From: Gemmatimonadota bacterium
GTDB lineage: Bacteria; Gemmatimonadota; Gemmatimonadetes; Gemmatimonadales; GWC2-71-9
Length of the DNA stretch: 64,000 bases
Direction: 5' to 3'
Assembly: GCA_003220795.1 (NCBI GenBank)
Contig: QHTK01000050.1
Span: forward strand, 670 to 64,669
The notes beneath the pieces are model-generated. The model was not told where the DNA came from, did not search any database, and worked only from the letters and a program-made list of their open reading frames with translations. The translations under genes and the position numbers were made by a program. Below, in pieces: positions 20,030 through 28,437 of this stretch (position 1 is its first letter; the number at the start of each line of letters is the position of its first letter).

Positions 20030-20520
20030 CCCGCCTCAAGCTGGCCGCCGGATGGGTAGGCGTGCAGCTGCTGTTCTTCGTGGGCTGGACGCTGCGCGAG
20101 CAGGTGCGGGCGGCCTCCGGCCCCTCGATCCTCGTCAAGGTCGTGCCCGTCGACCCGCGGGATCTGCTGCGCGGCCAGTATCTCAGTCTCGCGTACGAGT
20201 TCAGCCGCCCCTGGGACTCGACGGCTGCGCGCCTCCAGCTCCCCGCTGACGCGCCGGTCTGGGTCGTGTTGCGGCGTGAGGGGCCGTTCCACGTCCCCAA
20301 GCGATTGTCGCTCGAGCGGCCGGCGACACTCGATTCGGACGAAGTCGCACTCCAGGGCCGGGCTCGCGGCCGGCGCTACGTCTTCGGCGTGGAGCAGTAC
20401 TTCGTGCCCGAGGGGACGGCGACGCCGGCCGTGAGCGACCTCACCGTGCGACTGCGCGTAGGCCCGAGCGGCGCGGCGCGGATCGAGCAGGTCTACGTCA
20501 AAGGAGCCGCGTGGCCCTGA
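20026..20520 (+). CDS. GDYXXLXY-domain protein
   Basis: 165 aa from ATG 20026, with an ATGA overlap on the upstream stop. One TM helix, then PVDPRDLLRGQYLSLAY (the GDYxxLxY-type motif, here GQYLSLAY). It is hidden in the C-terminus of the artefactual 593-aa ORF 18739..20520. Confidence 0.7.
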   Translation: MTRLKLAAGWVGVQLLFFVGWTLREQVRAASGPSILVKVVPVDPRDLLRGQYLSLAYEFSRPWDSTAARLQLPADAPVWVVLRREGPFHVPKRLSLERPATLDSDEVALQGRARGRRYVFGVEQYFVPEGTATPAVSDLTVRLRVGPSGAARIEQVYVKGAAWP

Positions 20521-20543
20521 CCGGCCTGTAGCGCGACGCCCTC

Positions 20544-21032
20544 TTACGGCCCGCCCGGGTCGTCCGCGGACGGCCCGTAAATCGCGGGCACCTTGCCACC
20601 CATCGGGCGCAGATAGGTGGTGAGCTGCCCGCGGTGATGGATGGCATCGAAGAACATTCCCCACACGAAGTTCTCGATCGTGTCTTCCCAAGGAGGCGCA
20701 CCCTCCATCAGAAACCGCCCCTGCTTGGTCCATCCCGTTTCGTCCAGGCGCTCGAGTCGATCGTTCACCGCCCTCGCGTCCCGCTCGTACGATGCCACGA
20801 TGTCTGCCAAGCGCGCGCCGGGAGGCTGGTTTTTCCACTGCACGGTCCCGGTGTCGAGGAGGCTGACGAGCGCGGCCTCCTCGGCCGCGAGCAACGTGGC
20901 GAGCTCAGCGGCGCTGCGCGATTTCGGCTCGGGCCGGTACTCCTGCCGGCCCTGGGGCACGGCTTTGAGCACTTTGGTGAACGTCGGGATTTCCGTCTTG
21001 CGGCGGGCGAGGCAGAATGCGCGGGTCGACAT
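20544..21032 (-). CDS. DinB-family protein
   Basis: 162 aa with a C-terminal FFDAIHHRGQLTTYLR block typical of the DinB/YfiT four-helix metalloprotein fold. Confidence 0.7.
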   Translation of the reverse strand: MSTRAFCLARRKTEIPTFTKVLKAVPQGRQEYRPEPKSRSAAELATLLAAEEAALVSLLDTGTVQWKNQPPGARLADIVASYERDARAVNDRLERLDETGWTKQGRFLMEGAPPWEDTIENFVWGMFFDAIHHRGQLTTYLRPMGGKVPAIYGPSADDPGGP

Positions 21033-21110
21033 GGGGAGAGCTCCGAAATTGGGGACCCGAATATATCCCGAAGCGCCGCCGGCCGCCAGACCTGCGCACA
21101 GGCGGCGGGA

Positions 21111-22118
21111 TTAAGAGGTGACGATCGCGCGGCGATCGCCGTTCCGTGCGCCGCACTGCCTGAAGAGCTCGGCAAACGTGGCTGCGTACGGCTCGAGAAG
21201 CATGTTGTTGACGTTGCAGCCATCCGGTCCGAAGTACTCTTCGGCGTGCGGCACGACTGATCGCCAGCGCAGCGGCTCGTCGCGGGAACGCACCGAATCC
21301 TCGGAGGGCACGAACAAGCAGACCCGACCCGCATAATGACCAGGGGTGTAGCGACGCCCCGCCGCCAACGTGGCGCGCTCCACTTTGGCGCGCAGGACCA
21401 GAGCCGGATCCGGCGTGGCAGCACGCTCGGCGGCGCGCTGCGCCTTGCGCTGGCGCAGCTTCTCGGCCACGTACGACCGCCGCTCCTCGGACGACAGCGA
21501 TACCAGCGCACGGGTGTGTCCGACCACCCATTCCACCTGTTGTGCGAATCGCTCCCGCAGGAGCGGCAAGCGTCGGAACCTGGCCGGATACGGGGCGCCG
21601 AACAGGGCGAGCAAGCTGATCGCGGTGCCCTCTTGGAGCAATCGTCGCGCCAGCTCGAACGCGATCATGCCGCCGGCGCAGAAGCCGGCGATGATGTACG
21701 GACCATGCGGCCGGCAGGCGCGGATCTGCGGTGCGAAGTACTCGGCCAGATCCTCGACGCGCGCCAGCGGCTTGCTCTCGTCCTCGAGGCCCGGAGGTTG
21801 GAGCCCGTACAACGGCTGCTCATCGCCCAGGTGCCGGGCGATGTAGCGGTAGCAGAACACGTCGCCGTTGTGTCCTCCCACGCCAAAGATGGGCGTGCGG
21901 TTCCCGTGCGGCTGCAATGGTACGATGGCCCGCGGCCGCTGCGCGAGCGTGCCGGCCACGCGCAAGAATTCCAGGATATCGTTCTTGCGTTGCTGCAGCC
22001 GATCGCGCAGCTCGGGCGTTAGCACGTCGGGGGGACCATTGCACCGCAGCCGGTCGCCGTCCGCCCACACGTGAATGTCCCGGCCGCGTAGCTCCGCGAG
22101 AAACGCCGACACCGTCAC
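21111..22118 (-). CDS. stand-alone thioesterase with N-terminal TubC-type beta-hairpin docking domain and Cys at the nucleophile elbow
   Basis: GTG 22118 overlaps the PKS stop (GTGA). Residues VSAFLAELRGRDIHVWADGDRLRCNGPPDVLTPELRDRLQQRKNDILEFL match the TubC_N docking pattern. The alpha/beta-hydrolase TE body reads PIFGVGGHNGDVFCYRYIARHLG...YIIAGFCAGGMIAFELARRL. The elbow is G-F-C-A-G, with codon TGC at 21678-21680 checked on the DNA. Confidence 0.8.
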   Translation of the reverse strand: MTVSAFLAELRGRDIHVWADGDRLRCNGPPDVLTPELRDRLQQRKNDILEFLRVAGTLAQRPRAIVPLQPHGNRTPIFGVGGHNGDVFCYRYIARHLGDEQPLYGLQPPGLEDESKPLARVEDLAEYFAPQIRACRPHGPYIIAGFCAGGMIAFELARRLLQEGTAISLLALFGAPYPARFRRLPLLRERFAQQVEWVVGHTRALVSLSSEERRSYVAEKLRQRKAQRAAERAATPDPALVLRAKVERATLAAGRRYTPGHYAGRVCLFVPSEDSVRSRDEPLRWRSVVPHAEEYFGPDGCNVNNMLLEPYAATFAELFRQCGARNGDRRAIVTS

Positions 22119-25100
22119 AGCTCGATCTCCACCCGGTTGCCGGCTACCGCGCGCCCCGTCGGAGCGCTCGTCGCCCACGCCAGCGCATCGATATAGCGCG
22201 ACAGTTCCGCGACCGTCGGTGCATCAAACAGCGCTCTTACCGGCAAGTCGATCTCGAAGGCCCTCCGCAGTTCGGCCACAATCCTGACCGCCAAGAGAGA
22301 GTGCCCACCCAGCTCCGCAAAACTGTCATGGATGCCCACTTCCTTGATCCCCAGGGCATCCTGCAAGATGCCAGCAATCTGCTTCTCCCTTTCATCCCGC
22401 GGCGCATCATAGCTGGTCTGCAACCTGGGCCGCGGGGCAAGCGCCGATCGAGTCGCACTCGCCACCAGGGCAGGGCCCTGCGCATTCAGTGATTCCAGCT
22501 TGATCCACTGATCGATGCGTGCGCCGAGATCGCCCGTCGACACGACGAGTTGGCTGGCAGTCTTCACGGCCAGCACGGTTTCCATCATCGCCGTCGCTTC
22601 CGGGGCGCTCATGCCCAGTTCCTTGAGCGTTGTCCCGAGACCCGACTCCCTCGCCGTGTCGTCCTCCAGGCGCCAAACGTCCCAGTTCACGCTCAGCCAG
22701 GGTACGGGGGATGTCCGGTTGTGTCGGCGCGCAAACGCGTCCATGTAGATGTTGGACGCGGCGTAGGCGGCCTGCCCGATGCCGCCGAGCACGGATGTCA
22801 AGGAGGACATGAGCAGGCAGAAGTCCAACGGTTTGCCGTCGAGCACGTCTTCCAGCACATGCAAACCGTGTACCTTGGCCTGAAAGTGCCCATCACAATT
22901 GTCAGGGTCGCTCTCTTTGATCTCGCGATAGCCGTCGTCTCCCACGATGCCCGCCCCATGGATGACGCCGTGGAGAACGCCAAAGCGTCGCTCCGCTTGC
23001 TCGATGACCCCTCGCATGGCGGTGGCATCCGCCACACTCGCGTTCACATACAGGACCTCGCCGCCCAGTTTCTCGATCTTCCGAACCGCGCCGATGCTCG
23101 TGCTGACGGGATCATCGGCTGGGTGGCTGCCGATCCACGCGTCCCAGGATTCTCTGCCGGGCAGGCGCGAACGCCCGACCAGCACGAGCCTCGCCCGGTA
23201 GCGCTCGGCGAGGTCCGCCGAGATCGCGACACCGATCTTGCCGAGGCCACCGGTGATGAGATACACACCGCCCTGCCGGAAGGGCGAGCGGTGAGCGGTG
23301 TTGCCTGGTACGACACGCTCGTAGGTCTGCACCCAGCGCTGCCCGTTTCGATAGGCAACGAACAGGCTCGCATCAGAGTCCAGCAGCTCTCCAACAAGGC
23401 GATCCGCGGCGGCGTCGTGCTCACTGGCAGGTGCCGCGACATCGAAATCGACATCGATACTCTTCACGCGGACATTGGCGTACTCTTGACGAATCACCAT
23501 GCACGGCCCCAGCAGCGTCGCTTTCTCCGGGCAGACGGTTTCCGTACAAGAGACCTCGTGGACGTTGTTGGAGAACGCGAACAGCTTGATCTCGTGTCGC
23601 ACGTTGTGTGCGGCGAGCGCACGGGCCAGAAACACCAGGCTGAAAAAGCCTCGGGCCTGCGCCTGCCTGAAACGGTCGCCCGCCGGTTGAGGTGCAGGAA
23701 TGCCGGTGACACTCCAGGCATGCACGATGCGATCCGGCAGGGAGCGAGTCGCCTCCAGGGCTCGGATCAGCAAGTCATAGTGCTGCGAGTTCGCGGGTTC
23801 GATGGTGAACGTGTGAGGGTCCGCTTGTTGAAAGCGTGTGCCGATCCGCACGGTCACCACGGTGTGACCAGCGGCCTCGAGCCGTGTCACCAGGGTGGAG
23901 GCCAGCCCGGAATCATCGGCACATACCAGCCACGTTCTGGCACTCTCGTGCTGCAAGGCCGCTTCATGGATGTCGATGGCACTCGGCAACAGACGAGTCC
24001 AGGACGGCACGTACAGCCATTCGGAACGGTTCGGGTTCTTGTGAACCGTCACGTCCGTCGGCGGAGCGTCCGGTGCGACACGCAGTGGCTCCAGCCAGTG
24101 CTCCTGTCGCTCGAAAGGATACGTCGGCAACGCCACTCTGCGGCGCTGCCCACCGGACGGGACGTTGTCCCACGTGAGCTCGGCGCCTGACAGCCACAGC
24201 CTGGCGATGCCGTGCCACAGGAATTCGACGTCCGATTGGTTTTCGTAATGGTGCCGGATCGAGGACACCACCACCGGATCTCCGCCATCCCGGCGGTCCG
24301 GATGCTGCATCGCCAGCACGCCCAGCGTCCGGCCGGGCCCGGCTTCCAGGAGGATGGGATTCTTGAATTGCCAGAGTTCATGCAAGGCATCGCTGAACCT
24401 GGCGGTTCGAGTGCCATGCGTCGCCCAATAGGACGGCGTGGTCGCCTCGCGTCGCGTAATCCAGGTCCCGGTGACGTTGGAGATGTAGGGAATCGTCGGC
24501 TCGCCCAAACGAACCTTCCCCACCTCTTCCTCGAATGCCTGCACGATCGGATCAAGCATGCGCGAGTGAAAGGCGTGGGCATTCTGCACGGGCCGACAAA
24601 TGATGCTCTTGGCGTTCAACATCCGCTCGAACTCGCGGATCGCCGCAGCCGGACCTGCCACCACACACAAACGTGGCCCGTTGATCAACGAGATCGACAG
24701 CTCCTCGGTCAGTAGGGGAAGCAGTTCCTGTTCCGGCAGCGTCACGGCGAGCATGGCTCCCTGCGGCAACGCATGGACGAGCCTGGCTCGCGACGCGATC
24801 AGCCGCACGGCATCCTCCAGCGACAACACCCCAGCCAGACACGCCGCCACGTATTCACCCATGCTGTGACCGACAATGGCGTCGGGCGTGATACCCAACG
24901 ATTGCCAGAGACGGGTCATGGCATATTCGATCGTGAACAGCGCCGGCTGGGCAAACAGCGTCTGGTTGAGCGTCCGGGCGTCTGGATCCTCCGCGGCAGC
25001 CGTCGTGCGACCGAGCATCTCCTTCAGGTCGATCCCCTTGCTCTTGCCCGCCTTCTTCCAGCGCTGGCCAGGTGGGTACAGGATGTTGCGGATGTCGATC

Positions 25101-26803
25101 TCCAGGTGCGGCTCGAGCAAGCGCGCGCAGCGATCGACTTCTTGCCTGAACACGGGCCACCCTTCGTACACATCATGGGCCATGCCCGGGTAGTGATCGC
25201 CGATACCGGGCAGCAACAGGATCACCGGTCGCCGTGGCTCGCTGGTGCGGCCGGTAACGACGCGCTTCGAGTCTTCCTGTCCGAGGGCGGTAATGGCGTC
25301 CGCGCGGTCGACGCAGACGAGACCCCGCCGATGTGGAAACGCTTTGCGTCCGATGCGCAGGGTGTGAGCCACGTCGCTCAGGTTCACGCAGTCGTTCCCG
25401 ATCAGGAACTCCCGTAAGCGCTGCGTGGCCAGGTCGAGCGCCGTTCTAGTCTTCGCCGACAGCAGCAGCACGTGAGGAGGACGGGCATCCGTCGATGCAG
25501 CCGGCTCCGGCGCTTCCTCGAGCACGAGGTGGGCGTTCGTGCCGCCCATGCCGGTGGACATCACGCCGGCTCGTCTGGGTCCGTCGCTGGTCCAGTCCCG
25601 CAAGCGCGTGTTCACGTAGAATGGCGTGCGGGCAAAATCGATTTCGGGATTGGCCTCCGTGAAGTGGAGACTGGGCGGAAGCTGTCGGTGCTGGAGGGCA
25701 AGGACCGTCTTGATGATACCGGTGACGGCCGCCGCGGCGTCGAGGTGTCCCACATTGGTCTTTACCGAACCGATGGCGCAGTAGCCGGAGCGCTGGGTAA
25801 AGGTGCGGAACGCCTTGGTCAAGGCTCGGACCTCGATGGGATCCCCGACTGGCGTTCCCGAGCCGTGGGCCTCGAGGTAGGTGATGCCGTCGGCCTCGAC
25901 CCCGGCATTGGCCAGCGCCTCCACTACCGCATCGGCCTGGCTGTCGACGCTGGGCGCCGTGTAACCGGCCTTGGCCGCACCATCGTTGTTGACGGCCGAT
26001 CCCTTGATCACGGCGTGGATGGCGTCCCCGTCCGCGAGGGCGTCCGCCAACCGCTTCAGCACCAGGATGCCGCCGCCGCTACCGAACACGGTGCCGTTGG
26101 CCTTGGCGTCAAACGCCCTGACGTGCCCGTCCGGCGAGACGACTCCGCCACCATCACAGAAGTAGCCTGCGCGATGCGGGACCCGCACTGACACTGCCCC
26201 AGCCAAGGCCATGTCGATTTCTTCACTCAAGAGGCTCTGACGGGCCAGGTGGACGGCCACCATGGAGGTCGAGCACGCCGTCTGAACGGTGATGCTGGGC
26301 CCCTTCAAGTTGAGCTTGTAAGAGATCCTGGTGCTCAGAAAATCCTTGTCGTTGCCGATGAGGGTGGGGATGTACTCCTCGGCGAGGCGGCGGTTCAGCC
26401 CGACGTTCGTGAAATAGGTGTTCAGGGCGGTTCCGCTGAACACGCCGACGCGTCCCTGCCAGCGATCCGGGTCATACCCGGCGTGCTCGAGCGCCTCATA
26501 GGCCAGTTCCAACAGGAGCCGGTGCTGTGGATCCATCGTCTTGGCTTCCATCGGCGAGAAGCCGAAGAATCCTGCGTCAAAACCGCCCGGCTGCTCCAGG
26601 ATCGGCGCGGCTTTTACGTAGCTCGGGTTGCTGAGATAGGATGGCGGCACGCCCGATTCCAGGATCTCCTGATCGGAAAGCCGAGCAATCGACTCGATGC
26701 CTGCGGTCAGGTTACGCCAGAACTCGTCGATGTCGCGCGCGCCTGGGAAGCGACCGGCCATCCCGACGATGGCGATATCGGACTCGGTATGCACGGCAGT
26801 CAT
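22115..26803 (-). CDS. type I polyketide synthase, single module KS-AT-KR-ACP
   Basis: Approximate domain spans follow. KS is 25514-26782 (TACSTS Cys at 26273-26275, EAHGSGT, NVGHLD). AT is 24317-25231 (GHSMGE Ser at 24863-24865, HAFHS). KR is 22517-24019 (GGLGKIG, K..S..YAASN). ACP is 22172-22393 (LGGHSL). ATG 26803 overlaps the A-domain stop (TGATG). Confidence 0.92.
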   Translation of the reverse strand: MTAVHTESDIAIVGMAGRFPGARDIDEFWRNLTAGIESIARLSDQEILESGVPPSYLSNPSYVKAAPILEQPGGFDAGFFGFSPMEAKTMDPQHRLLLELAYEALEHAGYDPDRWQGRVGVFSGTALNTYFTNVGLNRRLAEEYIPTLIGNDKDFLSTRISYKLNLKGPSITVQTACSTSMVAVHLARQSLLSEEIDMALAGAVSVRVPHRAGYFCDGGGVVSPDGHVRAFDAKANGTVFGSGGGILVLKRLADALADGDAIHAVIKGSAVNNDGAAKAGYTAPSVDSQADAVVEALANAGVEADGITYLEAHGSGTPVGDPIEVRALTKAFRTFTQRSGYCAIGSVKTNVGHLDAAAAVTGIIKTVLALQHRQLPPSLHFTEANPEIDFARTPFYVNTRLRDWTSDGPRRAGVMSTGMGGTNAHLVLEEAPEPAASTDARPPHVLLLSAKTRTALDLATQRLREFLIGNDCVNLSDVAHTLRIGRKAFPHRRGLVCVDRADAITALGQEDSKRVVTGRTSEPRRPVILLLPGIGDHYPGMAHDVYEGWPVFRQEVDRCARLLEPHLEIDIRNILYPPGQRWKKAGKSKGIDLKEMLGRTTAAAEDPDARTLNQTLFAQPALFTIEYAMTRLWQSLGITPDAIVGHSMGEYVAACLAGVLSLEDAVRLIASRARLVHALPQGAMLAVTLPEQELLPLLTEELSISLINGPRLCVVAGPAAAIREFERMLNAKSIICRPVQNAHAFHSRMLDPIVQAFEEEVGKVRLGEPTIPYISNVTGTWITRREATTPSYWATHGTRTARFSDALHELWQFKNPILLEAGPGRTLGVLAMQHPDRRDGGDPVVVSSIRHHYENQSDVEFLWHGIARLWLSGAELTWDNVPSGGQRRRVALPTYPFERQEHWLEPLRVAPDAPPTDVTVHKNPNRSEWLYVPSWTRLLPSAIDIHEAALQHESARTWLVCADDSGLASTLVTRLEAAGHTVVTVRIGTRFQQADPHTFTIEPANSQHYDLLIRALEATRSLPDRIVHAWSVTGIPAPQPAGDRFRQAQARGFFSLVFLARALAAHNVRHEIKLFAFSNNVHEVSCTETVCPEKATLLGPCMVIRQEYANVRVKSIDVDFDVAAPASEHDAAADRLVGELLDSDASLFVAYRNGQRWVQTYERVVPGNTAHRSPFRQGGVYLITGGLGKIGVAISADLAERYRARLVLVGRSRLPGRESWDAWIGSHPADDPVSTSIGAVRKIEKLGGEVLYVNASVADATAMRGVIEQAERRFGVLHGVIHGAGIVGDDGYREIKESDPDNCDGHFQAKVHGLHVLEDVLDGKPLDFCLLMSSLTSVLGGIGQAAYAASNIYMDAFARRHNRTSPVPWLSVNWDVWRLEDDTARESGLGTTLKELGMSAPEATAMMETVLAVKTASQLVVSTGDLGARIDQWIKLESLNAQGPALVASATRSALAPRPRLQTSYDAPRDEREKQIAGILQDALGIKEVGIHDSFAELGGHSLLAVRIVAELRRAFEIDLPVRALFDAPTVAELSRYIDALAWATSAPTGRAVAGNRVEIEL

Positions 26804-28437
26804 CAACGCCCCACCCGCATGAGCGGCTCCGGCAAGGCCTTGCGATCCGCTTTCCCGCTCGGTGTCACGGGGATTGCGTCGATTCTCTCGAATCGATTGG
26901 GGATCATATAGTCGGGAAGGTGTTGCTTGAGGAAATGCTTCAGACCCGCCATCTCCAGGTCAGATTTGCAGACCACGTACGCGACGATGAGGATGATGGT
27001 GTCCGAGTACTGCTTGACCACGGCCACGCAGTCGCTGATGCCCGGGTACTCCCGGATCGTGTTTTCAATCTCGCCCAGTTCGATGCGCAATCCCCGGATC
27101 TTTACCTGGTGATCCTCCCGGCCGAGATACTCGATATTCCCGTCCGGCAGCCAGCGGGCGATGTCGCCGGTTCGATAGACGCGTTCGCCGGGGTTCGCCG
27201 GATTGTCGGTGAACTTCTCGTCGGTCAGGGCGGCGTTGTTCAGGTAGCCGCGCGCCAGACCGATCCCCGCGATGCACAACTCACCGGGCTCCCCGATCGC
27301 CATCGACCGGCCGTCTCTGATGATGGAGAGCGTGATGTTGTGGATCGGTCTCCCGATGGGAATGATGTCGAAGTCGTTGTGCGGGGGGCAATCGAAATAG
27401 CTGACGTCGACCGTCGCCTCGGTCGGCCCGTAGAGGTTGGTGAGTCGGGTCCCGGTCTTGCTGCCCCAAATATCGTTGAACTTCCTGACGTGACTGGGCG
27501 TCAGCGCTTCACCGCTCGCAAATACCCGCCGCACCGACGCCAGCCGGTTCACCACGCCCGCAGGCTTGCCGTCCAGGTACTCGAGAAACACGTTCAGCAT
27601 CGATGGAACGAAGTGCATGACGCTGACGTGATGTGTGTCGATGGTTTCGACAATGGCCAGGGGATTCCGTTCCCCGCCCGGCACCAGGAAGCAGAGCGTG
27701 GCGCCCTGCAGGGCCCACCAGAACAACTCCCACACCGAAACGTCGAAATAGTAGGGCGTCTTTTGCAGAATGACGTCCCGGTGATCGATCGGGTAGGCGT
27801 GTTGCATCCAGTGCAAGCGGTTGACGAGAGAGCGATGCTCGATCATCACCCCCTTGGGTTTGCCGGTCGACCCCGACGTATAGATCACATAGGCCAGGTC
27901 CCGCGGCGTGTTGACGATCGCGGGGTTCGCGGTTGACGCCCGGTACACGTCGGGGTCGTCGAGATTGATGATCCGCCCCCTGAAGGCGATCCGGTCGGCG
28001 GTCTTGTTCTGCACCAACAGGACGGTGACCCCCCCATCCTTCAGCAGGTAGGAAATGCGATCCGGCGGATTGTCTGGCGAGATGGGCAGATAGGCGCCGC
28101 CGGCCTTCAGGATGCCCAGGATGCCCACGATCATGGCAAAGGAGCGTTCCACCAACAACGCGACGATGTGTCCCGGCCCGACACCCGCGGCCCGCAACAC
28201 ATGCGCCAGTTGATTGACCTTGCCATTGAGCTGCGCGTACGTGAGCGATGGCACGCCGAGCACGGAGTCGTGGTCGCAGATGACGGCCGTTCTATCGAAA
28301 TGCCTGTCGAGCTGCGCCTCGATCAATGCCTGCAGCGTGACGTTATCGGGAAACGGCGTCTCCGTGCGGTTGAATTGCGCGATCCTCGCGAGATCGGCGG
28401 CGGTAGCGACGCGTGGCGGGTGAGCGGCCATGGGCAT
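26803..28437 (-). CDS. stand-alone NRPS adenylation enzyme, predicted L-serine-activating (ZmaJ-like)
   Basis: A-domain core motifs LTYAQLN, YTSGSTGKPKG, FDVSVWE, NLYGPTE, YRTGD, GRxDxQVKIRG and PSGKADRK. There is no C or PCP domain. The 10-residue code from my by-eye alignment to GrsA-PheA is DVWHFSLVDK. ATG 28437 overlaps the upstream stop (TGATG). Confidence 0.85.
   Translation of the reverse strand: MPMAAHPPRVATAADLARIAQFNRTETPFPDNVTLQALIEAQLDRHFDRTAVICDHDSVLGVPSLTYAQLNGKVNQLAHVLRAAGVGPGHIVALLVERSFAMIVGILGILKAGGAYLPISPDNPPDRISYLLKDGGVTVLLVQNKTADRIAFRGRIINLDDPDVYRASTANPAIVNTPRDLAYVIYTSGSTGKPKGVMIEHRSLVNRLHWMQHAYPIDHRDVILQKTPYYFDVSVWELFWWALQGATLCFLVPGGERNPLAIVETIDTHHVSVMHFVPSMLNVFLEYLDGKPAGVVNRLASVRRVFASGEALTPSHVRKFNDIWGSKTGTRLTNLYGPTEATVDVSYFDCPPHNDFDIIPIGRPIHNITLSIIRDGRSMAIGEPGELCIAGIGLARGYLNNAALTDEKFTDNPANPGERVYRTGDIARWLPDGNIEYLGREDHQVKIRGLRIELGEIENTIREYPGISDCVAVVKQYSDTIILIVAYVVCKSDLEMAGLKHFLKQHLPDYMIPNRFERIDAIPVTPSGKADRKALPEPLMRVGR

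Noticed and set aside
18739-20520. 593-aa plus-strand ORF spanning the DUF2157-like gene
   Set aside because: Only its last 165 codons (from ATG 20026) look like a real protein (GDYXXLXY family). The rest is an alternative frame of the membrane-protein gene.
20544-21032. DinB-family gene as a ninth member (thiol-transferase or resistance) of the biosynthetic operon
   Set aside because: It is separated from the TE stop by 78 nt containing a GC hairpin. Its composition looks like the high-GC flank. No sequence evidence links it to the cluster.
21111-21300. Apparent absence of the C-terminal GxH catalytic-His motif in the thioesterase (the region reads GPDGCNVNNMLLEPY, with a His earlier in VVPHAEEY)
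   Set aside because: I cannot place the catalytic His reliably by eye. This could simply be a misalignment, so it needs a profile or structural alignment before any claim.
22550-24190. 546-aa plus-strand ORF inside the PKS region, together with 24773-25417, 25472-26191, 26249-27936, 31103-32602 and 32687-33964
   Set aside because: All are antisense to genes with unambiguous KS/AT/KR/A/FkbH motifs and have no recognisable features of their own.
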